Of a stretch of DNA of 64,000 nucleotides, positions 57,477 to 64,000 are shown one piece after another. Location of the stretch: positions 119,963 through 183,962 of the forward strand of contig CAWDZM010000001.1 of the NCBI GenBank assembly GCA_963807165.1, written 5' to 3'. The translations under genes and the position numbers were made by a program. The notes beneath the pieces are model-generated. The model was given only the letters and a program-made list of their open reading frames with translations, made no database searches and was not told the DNA's origin. Position 1 is the stretch's first letter; the number at the start of each line of letters is the position of its first letter. Origin of the DNA: an uncultured bacterium (lineage in GTDB: Bacteria; Patescibacteriota; Minisyncoccia; UBA6257; 2-01-FULL-56-20).

Positions 57477-58190
57477 TTAACGAAAAAATTCTACCACGCC
57501 TTGGGTCCATCCGGCAATGCGGCGGTTCAGCGAGATGCTTGATCGCACCCTGATTCGTATGACACCGAAATAAGTATCATCGATATTTTTTCGATTAGTT
57601 TTTATATTAGCTTTTTTGAAATAGATACGAGAAAAATAATCCGGGGCAATTCCAATTTTCTCTGACCAAAAATCGATTATTTGTTTTACGCGATGCCGGT
57701 GGGTATCGTGAATATAGATTTCAAAAATGAGCTCAGTGTTATCGATATAGCAAACATCTTTAAGCCAGCGGAGAAATAAGCAAATCATGGTCGGATCCAT
57801 ATTGGTAAATTGGACTCCCGAGCCCGGGCGATACTCTTTTTCTTTTGATCCTTCTGCCCAATAGAGCATAGTTCCCATAAGCCATAATTCTCGATTGCTT
57901 ATTGGACCGATCTCAGATTTCGCAATATCCATAATTGCTTTTGTTCTATCGAGGCGTTGCTGGTGTTTTGCAGCACCACCACGCTTTGCTGATGCCAGCT
58001 TCTTTTCAGTCAATCGCTGTTTTTGATGTTTTGACAATCCAACGCTATGAAGCCAATCCGATAGTGTTGATTTGGCAATAGGTACCTTTTTTAATATTTC
58101 CGTATATGAGAGCCCATTTTTGCGCAATATAATAGCCTTTTCTTTTATAAGATATGTTTCATATTTAGCGTTGTAGTAGTAAGTATGCAC
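57477..58190 (-). CDS. HTH + LAGLIDADG-like endonuclease-fold protein
   Basis: LRKNGLSYTEI...IAKSTLSDWL (HTH); GTMLYWAEGSK...TNMDPTMICLFLRWL...FWS; homologous to 580-1191. Confidence 0.75.
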   Translation of the reverse strand: MHTYYYNAKYETYLIKEKAIILRKNGLSYTEILKKVPIAKSTLSDWLHSVGLSKHQKQRLTEKKLASAKRGGAAKHQQRLDRTKAIMDIAKSEIGPISNRELWLMGTMLYWAEGSKEKEYRPGSGVQFTNMDPTMICLFLRWLKDVCYIDNTELIFEIYIHDTHRHRVKQIIDFWSEKIGIAPDYFSRIYFKKANIKTNRKNIDDTYFGVIRIRVRSSISLNRRIAGWTQGVVEFFR

Positions 58191-58225
58191 ATCTCACATT
58201 AAAAATATGTTAAAATAATCTTGAC

Positions 58226-58837
58226 ATGAAATACGAACTACCAAAACTTCCTTATGCGTACGATGCGCTCGAACCGTACATTGATGCACGCACGATGGAA
58301 ATCCATTACACCAAGCATCACCAGACGTATGTGAACAAGCTGAACGAGGCGCTTGATAAGCATCCGGAGATCGCGGATAAACCGCTCGAAGAATTACTCG
58401 CCAACCTGGATGCGGTGCCGGAAGATATTCGCGGCGCGGTGCGCAATCACGGCGGCGGTCATTTAAATCATTCATTCTTTTGGACGATCATGGGACCACG
58501 CGCGTCTGGTAGCGATAACGCGCCGATCGGCGCGATGGCGGATGGTATCGCGAGCGCGTTCGGCAACTTCGCCACATTCAAAGAGGAATTTACCAAAGCC
58601 GCCGCCGGTGTGTTTGGCTCGGGCTGGGCATGGCTTGTGGTGGATGCCGATGGCAAGCTTGCGGTAACCTCAACGCCAAACCAGGACAGTCCGCTTTCAA
58701 AGCATCAAAAGCCATTGCTTGGGCTCGATGTATGGGAGCATGCCTATTATCTCAAGTACCAAAATATGCGCCCCGATTATATCAACGCGTGGTGGAGTGT
58801 GGTAAATTGGAAATCAGTAAACGAAAAATATAGCTAA
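58226..58837 (+). CDS. sodA: Fe/Mn superoxide dismutase
   Basis: [40 protein letters not shown]. Confidence 0.96.
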   Translation: MKYELPKLPYAYDALEPYIDARTMEIHYTKHHQTYVNKLNEALDKHPEIADKPLEELLANLDAVPEDIRGAVRNHGGGHLNHSFFWTIMGPRASGSDNAPIGAMADGIASAFGNFATFKEEFTKAAAGVFGSGWAWLVVDADGKLAVTSTPNQDSPLSKHQKPLLGLDVWEHAYYLKYQNMRPDYINAWWSVVNWKSVNEKYS

Positions 58838-58895
58838 CACCCTTGAGCGAGTGGACGTTCTTACGTTGGAGCGAGGGGGTCTTAGCTATATTTTT
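58824..58895. repeat. Family-1 palindromic element, copy 4 (reverse orientation)
   Basis: 21-bp arms overlapping the sod and fmt stop codons; core 58845-58874, reverse complement TCGCTCCAACGTAAGAACGTCCACTCGCTC. Confidence 0.9.
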
Positions 58896-59754
58896 TTGCT
58901 TTCTGGCCTTCTTCTTGGATCGTAATCAATTTCAGTGCGCCGCTATCCATCCGTGCTTCGAGTAGTTTTATTCGCTTGCCGTTTTGCAGTGTCCAACAGC
59001 CCGGTTCGGGATTCAATGCATGAATAGTGCGCACGATCAATTCCGCTTTGTCGCTATTGCCAGCGATCGCGGCGTCGAGCTCTGAATATTCAATAAATCC
59101 ATTATCAGTGGTGAATTTTTTTGTGAAGGTTGCGCTGGATTCATCCTGCGTCTGCGGTGAAACAGTTCCATCTAAAAGTGCTGGAATGACCTGTATTAAA
59201 AGCTTTGCTGATAATGTGGCCAGTTGCTCCTCGAGCGCCGGATAGCCAGTAATGAGCGCATCCAGCGCCAGCTCCTCTTGGGCAAAAATCGCGCCATGGT
59301 CCATCTTTTCGTCCATTTGATAGATAGTGGAGCCGGTCATGGTTTCGCCTGCCAAGATAACGGATTGAATAGGCGATGCGCCGCGGTACGCGGGCAGAAG
59401 CGATGGGTGGGTGCCGAGCGTGCCACGGCGCGGGATGCCAAGCACCGCATTCGGAATAATTTTTGCGTATGCAGCAACGACAAAGAAATCTGGCTTACGT
59501 GCCTGGAGTTGTGCAATAAAATTATCATCTAATTTTTCCGGCTGAAGAATGGCAATCTCCGCTCCATGCGCGGCATTATATTTTTCTATCAGCTGTTTTG
59601 TTAGCGGGGGAGTGATGACTTTTTTCCGGCCGAGCGGTCGGTCGGGATTACAGATAAGCGCGGCTGGAACAAACCCGCCCGCAATCAAACCGTTTAAAAC
59701 GACCTCCGCAAAGCGCGGCGTGCCGAAGAAGACATAGTTAGAATGAGGATTCAT
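58882..59754 (-). CDS. fmt: Methionyl-tRNA formyltransferase
   Basis: FFGTPRFA, VAAYAKI, HPSLLPAYRGASPIQ, MDHG. Confidence 0.95.
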   Translation of the reverse strand: MNPHSNYVFFGTPRFAEVVLNGLIAGGFVPAALICNPDRPLGRKKVITPPLTKQLIEKYNAAHGAEIAILQPEKLDDNFIAQLQARKPDFFVVAAYAKIIPNAVLGIPRRGTLGTHPSLLPAYRGASPIQSVILAGETMTGSTIYQMDEKMDHGAIFAQEELALDALITGYPALEEQLATLSAKLLIQVIPALLDGTVSPQTQDESSATFTKKFTTDNGFIEYSELDAAIAGNSDKAELIVRTIHALNPEPGCWTLQNGKRIKLLEARMDSGALKLITIQEEGQKAKKYS

Positions 59755-60257
59755 TATTCAGAAGTTTGTTCGGATGTATAGACTTTCTTTGCACGATCAA
59801 TGAAGAGCTTTCCGTTCAAGTGGTCAATTTCGTGCTGGAATATCCGTGCGAGCAACCCCCACGCCTTTACTTTGACTGGCTTCCCCATTTTGTTGTAGCC
59901 GCTGACGACGATTTGCTCCGCGCGCGTTACTTCGCCCCATTTTCCCGGGATACTGAGGCATCCTTCCTCGAAAGAGATCGTCGTTTTCTCCACCTTTTCT
60001 ATTTTTGGATTGAACACCGCATAAAATTTTGTGCCGCCATCTGGGTCGGGTATCTCCGCGACGAAGACAGAAAAGCTGAGTCCGATCTGATTCGCTGAAA
60101 GCCCGATACCGTTCGCCGCGTGCATGAGGCGCCGCATGCGTACGACGAGATCGTTTATCTCTTTACGCGTGAATTTTTTAAACTCGAACGGAACAGTTTT
60201 TTTTCGCAAAAACTTTTCATCTTTTTTGGTGGCGACAGTAACGATTTCGGGGACCAT
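59754..60257 (-). CDS. def: Peptide deformylase
   Basis: GIGLSANQIG, EGCLS, QHEIDHLNG. Confidence 0.97.
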   Translation of the reverse strand: MVPEIVTVATKKDEKFLRKKTVPFEFKKFTRKEINDLVVRMRRLMHAANGIGLSANQIGLSFSVFVAEIPDPDGGTKFYAVFNPKIEKVEKTTISFEEGCLSIPGKWGEVTRAEQIVVSGYNKMGKPVKVKAWGLLARIFQHEIDHLNGKLFIDRAKKVYTSEQTSE

Positions 60258-60258
60258 A

Positions 60259-60525
60259 TTATTTCTTTTTTGCGGTGCCTTTTACGAGGCTCATAAAATA
60301 TGCACCGCGGTTCTTTATGTTTGCGCGCTGAGCCACGTCCTTTGCAAGACGCATAAGGCCATCAGCATCGTTTTCTTTGGCGAGTTTAATATAGAGCGCT
60401 TTATGCTTTTCGTCTGCCAATATTTGGGAGATCTCAAGGCCGATAAGCTGGTACTTTTTATAAACATGCGATTCCTTGCCACGACGCTTGAGCTCTGCCA
60501 CGTATTTCTCCCGCATGCGTGCCAT
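60259..60525 (-). CDS. Hypothetical protein (88 aa)
   Basis: Co-oriented with def; HKALYIKLAK...NRGAYFM; TAAAAT 6 nt before ATG. Confidence 0.7.
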   Translation of the reverse strand: MARMREKYVAELKRRGKESHVYKKYQLIGLEISQILADEKHKALYIKLAKENDADGLMRLAKDVAQRANIKNRGAYFMSLVKGTAKKK

Positions 60526-60737
60526 AGGTCTATTTTAGCGCATTTGATGATTATTGGCGACTTTTATTTAAGATAGTTTTAATGGTGAAATTGTTATGGT
60601 GGTGTGAAAATGATGGATTTTATCAACTCAAAAAAGGAGCACATATTTTTAGACCAGAGAAGGGGTGATCCTCCCATCGAGCACCGCTCTTTTAGCTTTT
60701 AATGATTTTTTAATAAGTTAATGTTAAAATGAATTCC

Positions 60738-62057
60738 ATGACAAAAGAGCTCAAAAAGAAGATCTTAGGGATCATTGCGATCGTATTGCTCGGATGCGTA
60801 ATCTTGGGAAGCGGTGCATGGATTGGATGGACGGCGGGAAGGAGATATCCGGAAAATATCGTGGTAAGCGATGCAACGAACATCACCCCCGATGCCTCCA
60901 CGACGACAGCCGACTTCAGCACATTTTGGGCGGCATGGCAGGATATTAATAACGATTCACTCTGGACGCCGAGCACGACGCCAACGGAACGGATGTATGG
61001 CGCGATCAGCGGTATGGTGGGATCGCTCGGTGATCCATACACGGAATTTTTCTCGCCTGCGGATAGTAGCCAGTTCACGCAGGACATTACCGGCAATTTC
61101 GGCGGCATCGGCGCGGAGCTTGGCGAGAATAGCAGCACAGAGATCGTCGTCATTTCGGCGATCAGCAGTACGCCCGCGTTTGCGGCGGGATTAAAGCCGG
61201 AGGATGTCATCACTTCTATCAATGGAAGTTCTACTGCGAATATGAATATCGATAATGCAGTGAACTTGATCCGTGGAACGGTGGGCACAAATGTGACGCT
61301 TGGCATCTTGCGCAACGGCTGGAGTGCGCCAAAAAACTTTACGATTACCCGCGCAGATATTCAGGTGCCAACGGTGGAATTTTCTATGAAGGGCGATATC
61401 GCAGACATCCAGCTGAATGAATTCACGCAGGATGCGGACGATCTTTTCTATAAAGCGCTTCAAAATGCAGTGAATGCCAATGCAAAAGGGATCGTGCTGG
61501 ATCTTCGTGGCGATCCGGGAGGATATTTGCAGGTTGCCGTGGATATCTCCGGATATTTCCTTAAGCCAGGTTCTCCGGTGGTAAAAGAAGTAGGACGCAC
61601 GGTGCCGGAGCAGGATTATACGGCGAGCGGTAGTGGCGCGTTGGGTACTATGCCGATGGCGATTTTGATCGATGGCGGTTCTGCGTCCGCGGCGGAGATC
61701 CTTTCGGGAGCGTTGAATGATGATCGTAATGTTCCGTTGGTCGGTGCAAAGAGTTTTGGAAAGGGGACGGTTCAACAGCTCGAGGATCTTCCGGACGGTT
61801 CATCGCTTAAGATAACCGTGGCGCATTGGGTGTTGCCATCGGGACGCATTTTGGATCACGACGGTCTGTTGCCGAACTATCCGGTGGCTATCACCGATGC
61901 ACAGATCGCGGCCGGGCAGGATCCTCAGCTCACGAAGGCATTACAGATTGTGACGGATGAGATCAACGGCACGCCGTTGCCTCCATCGGCAGATACGAGT
62001 GCCGCAGCGGCAGCGGCTGCCACGGCGGCGGCAAACGCAAGCAGTAGCGCACAATGA
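60738..62057 (+). CDS. ctpA: C-terminal processing protease (S41, PDZ domain)
   Basis: [33 protein letters not shown]. Confidence 0.92.
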   Translation: MTKELKKKILGIIAIVLLGCVILGSGAWIGWTAGRRYPENIVVSDATNITPDASTTTADFSTFWAAWQDINNDSLWTPSTTPTERMYGAISGMVGSLGDPYTEFFSPADSSQFTQDITGNFGGIGAELGENSSTEIVVISAISSTPAFAAGLKPEDVITSINGSSTANMNIDNAVNLIRGTVGTNVTLGILRNGWSAPKNFTITRADIQVPTVEFSMKGDIADIQLNEFTQDADDLFYKALQNAVNANAKGIVLDLRGDPGGYLQVAVDISGYFLKPGSPVVKEVGRTVPEQDYTASGSGALGTMPMAILIDGGSASAAEILSGALNDDRNVPLVGAKSFGKGTVQQLEDLPDGSSLKITVAHWVLPSGRILDHDGLLPNYPVAITDAQIAAGQDPQLTKALQIVTDEINGTPLPPSADTSAAAAAAATAAANASSSAQ

Positions 62058-62503
62058 AAGTAATATTTTTAAGTGACGTACGCAACGTCGCCAAGAAATA
62101 CGATATCAAAGAGGTGAGCGATGGCTATGCCCGAAATTTTCTTTTCCCGGCAAAACTCGCCGAGACCGCCACGCCGGAGGCGATGAAGAAGCTCGAGTCC
62201 ATGAAGGCCACGCACGATAAGGAGGATAGGGAAGTGCTTGCACAGCTTCAATCACTCGCAAAGAAGATCAACGAAACAAAGATTCGTTTTGAGCTGAAGG
62301 CCGACAAATCCGGCGCGGTATTCGGTTCGGTCAATAAGGAGACTATTTTAAAAGCGATGCGTGAGCATAAGCTGATCGGCGCGGAGCGGATCGATATTGA
62401 TCTAAAATATCCAATTAAAGAACTCGGCGAATTTTCTGTGATGATCGATCTAAAGAAAGGAGTGACCGCGAAGCTTGGGTTGATAGTTGACAAAATGCAA
62501 TAA
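62054..62503 (+). CDS. rplI: 50S ribosomal protein L9
   Basis: MKVIFLSDV...[12 protein letters not shown]...VFGSV...PIKELG. Confidence 0.96.
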   Translation: MKVIFLSDVRNVAKKYDIKEVSDGYARNFLFPAKLAETATPEAMKKLESMKATHDKEDREVLAQLQSLAKKINETKIRFELKADKSGAVFGSVNKETILKAMREHKLIGAERIDIDLKYPIKELGEFSVMIDLKKGVTAKLGLIVDKMQ

Positions 62504-62534
62504 TAGATTTATTATTTAGACAGAGGTAATTGCG

Positions 62535-62666
62535 ATGAAGTATACCTTTCTTCAGGTGGCTACGTCGGTTGCCGTGGTGGCACTATGCGCCGCAGCATAT
62601 TTCGGCGGCCCAACGCATTTCGGTCACGGACTGCAGTTGAGCCATGTATTATATCTTGGCCATTAA
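62535..62666 (+). CDS. Small hydrophobic peptide (43 aa)
   Basis: MKYTFLQVATSVAVVALCAAAYFGGPTHFGHGLQLSHVLYLGH; GAGGT SD; followed by a terminator. Confidence 0.45.
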   Translation: MKYTFLQVATSVAVVALCAAAYFGGPTHFGHGLQLSHVLYLGH

Positions 62667-62676
62667 GGCCTCGCAC

Positions 62677-62768
62677 AAAGGGGAGGGTTGGCGCACAAAT
62701 GTGCGGCAACCCTCCCCTTTTTACTTTTAATATTATCCAACATAAAAAATCCCCTTAAGGGGATTTTT
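62677..62768. terminator. Two hairpins between convergent genes
   Basis: AAAGGGGAGGGTTG../..CAACCCTCCCCTTT and the perfect palindrome AAAAATCCCCTTAAGGGGATTTTT. Confidence 0.75.
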
Positions 62769-62772
62769 ATTA

Positions 62773-63051
62773 CTACGCCGCTACGATCTGTACGATTGTT
62801 GCTTTGCGCCGTGAGCCATCAAAGTGCCCCTTCATTTTTGTGGTGAACTTGACTGTGCCGTTTTTGCCGGCAAAGAGGGTGTCATCATCAGCGCGGAGGA
62901 CGTTTGCGCCCGGGGTGTACTTGGTGCCGCGCTGGCGGACGATGATCTGGCCGACCATGACCTTCTGGCCGTCCTGAAGCTTGACGCCGAGCCGTTTGGC
63001 AACGGAATCGCGTCCTAATTTGGTAGAGCCGATGGCTTTGGTATGTGCCAT
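62773..63051 (-). CDS. rpmA: 50S ribosomal protein L27
   Basis: [24 protein letters not shown]...IIVRQRGT. Confidence 0.97.
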   Translation of the reverse strand: MAHTKAIGSTKLGRDSVAKRLGVKLQDGQKVMVGQIIVRQRGTKYTPGANVLRADDDTLFAGKNGTVKFTTKMKGHFDGSRRKATIVQIVAA

Positions 63052-63117
63052 AAGATAATTAAATAGTGATTAAATGTTATTTCAAACGTCATTCCATTTT
63101 ATGGTAGAATGCAGGTA

Positions 63118-63837
63118 ATGTCAACCACTAGCAAGCTCGTAATCGATATAGAGACCATTGGCGAGGACTTTGAGTCGCTCGACGATGCCACGCAGGAAAA
63201 TATTACCCGCTGGATCAAGCGCGAGTCCGGTAGCGAGGAGGAATACAAGATCGCGCTCGAAGACCTTAAGAACGGCCTTGGGTTTTCGCCGCTGACCGGC
63301 GAAATCGTCGCGATTGGACTGCTCGACTATCACAAGAACGAGGGCGCGGTGTATTACCAGGCGCCCGGGCAAAGGAACGCGGAGGTAAAAGAGGATGGCG
63401 TCAGCTTTAAACAGATGACGGAAAAAGATATGCTCGCAAAGTTTTGGGAGCTCGCCGAGCGTTATCAAGTGTTTATTACGTTCAACGGTCGCGCGTTCGA
63501 CATGCCGTTTATCATGATCCGTTCCGCGATCCACGGCATTCGGCCGACGAAGGATCTGATGCGGGGGCGATATCTCTACCAAAATAATCCGGAAGCGCTA
63601 CATATCGATCTCGCGGAGCAACTTTCGTTTTATGGCGCAACGCGACGGAAGGGGAGTTTGCATCTATGGTCTCGCGCCTTCGGCATCCCGAGCCCAAAAG
63701 CCGGCGGAGTGACCGGCGACGATGTGGGTCCGCTCTTCAAAAAGAAAAAGTTTTTGGATATCGCAAAGTATAATGTGCGCGACATCCGCGCCACACGGGA
63801 TCTGTATACCAAGTGGGAGAGCTATCTGCAGTTTTAA
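63118..63837 (+). CDS. DEDD 3'-5' exonuclease (PolB-like / RNase H-like)
   Basis: VIDIET, TFNGRAFD, HIDL, YNVRD. Confidence 0.85.
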   Translation: MSTTSKLVIDIETIGEDFESLDDATQENITRWIKRESGSEEEYKIALEDLKNGLGFSPLTGEIVAIGLLDYHKNEGAVYYQAPGQRNAEVKEDGVSFKQMTEKDMLAKFWELAERYQVFITFNGRAFDMPFIMIRSAIHGIRPTKDLMRGRYLYQNNPEALHIDLAEQLSFYGATRRKGSLHLWSRAFGIPSPKAGGVTGDDVGPLFKKKKFLDIAKYNVRDIRATRDLYTKWESYLQF

Positions 63838-63886
63838 CGCCGGCGATTTTAGATAATTTTAATGCGCTGCGTGGTAGTATTTTGGG

Positions 63887-64000
63887 GTGAATAAAATAAA
63901 AATATATATTGCGGAATATAAGCGCGAGGTCGCGTTTGGCGTAATCATATTCTTCGTTGCATCACTTGGTTTTGCTCTGGGATATTCTGCCAACCGGCAA
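63887..64000 (+). CDS. Membrane-anchored hypothetical protein (partial)
   Basis: GTG start; MNKIKIYIAEYKREVAFGVIIFFVASLGFALGY...; open to the window end. Confidence 0.5.
   Translation, partial: MNKIKIYIAEYKREVAFGVIIFFVASLGFALGYSANRQ

Noticed and set aside
54972-58190. Integrated prophage or island at tRNA-Gln
   Set aside because: No integrase or phage genes, and I found no duplicated tRNA 3' end (att site) in the window.
2053-58874. 30-nt repeats as a CRISPR array
   Set aside because: Copies are kilobases apart, in both orientations, without spacers, and there are no cas genes.
60582-60668. Short ORF resembling a HicA toxin fragment (GFYQLKKGAHIF)
   Set aside because: Only 28 codons with weak similarity; cannot be supported.
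1-64000. Alternative genetic code (UGA=Gly as in Gracilibacteria/Absconditabacteria)
   Set aside because: Conserved genes are full length under code 11, and TGA serves as a stop in ATGA gene overlaps.

Overview
This window looks like chromosomal DNA from a reduced-genome bacterium using the standard genetic code. Gene content and style point to Patescibacteria/CPR, Parcubacteria-like (inference). Housekeeping genes include the dnaE 5' end, rpmG, rplJ-rplL, a short dcw cluster (mraZ, frameshifted rsmH, ftsL-like, PBP, murF), tpiA, murB, hpf, secA, a zwf-gnd fusion, pgi/pmi, two ECF sigma loci, MacAB- and EmrAB-type efflux, GH130 enzymes, DsbB/thioredoxin, a DEAD-box helicase, lexA, a Zn/Mn ABC transporter, sod, fmt/def, ctpA, rplI and rpmA. 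There are six tRNA genes. Four signals stand out. (1) Dispersed palindromic elements in which a conserved structured core is enclosed by 21-30 bp inverted arms that differ at every locus and overlap neighbouring gene ends; there are at least two families, and one copy makes the convergent sod and fmt genes both end in KYS*. (2) Two homologous HTH + LAGLIDADG-like ORFs, each ending 1-8 nt before the 5' end of a tRNA gene. (3) A 209-nt group I intron at position 36/37 of tRNA-Thr(GGU). (4) A recurrent -10 box 6-8 nt before ATG, suggesting widespread leaderless mRNAs. All calls come from reading the sequence by eye; no searches or folding programs were run.
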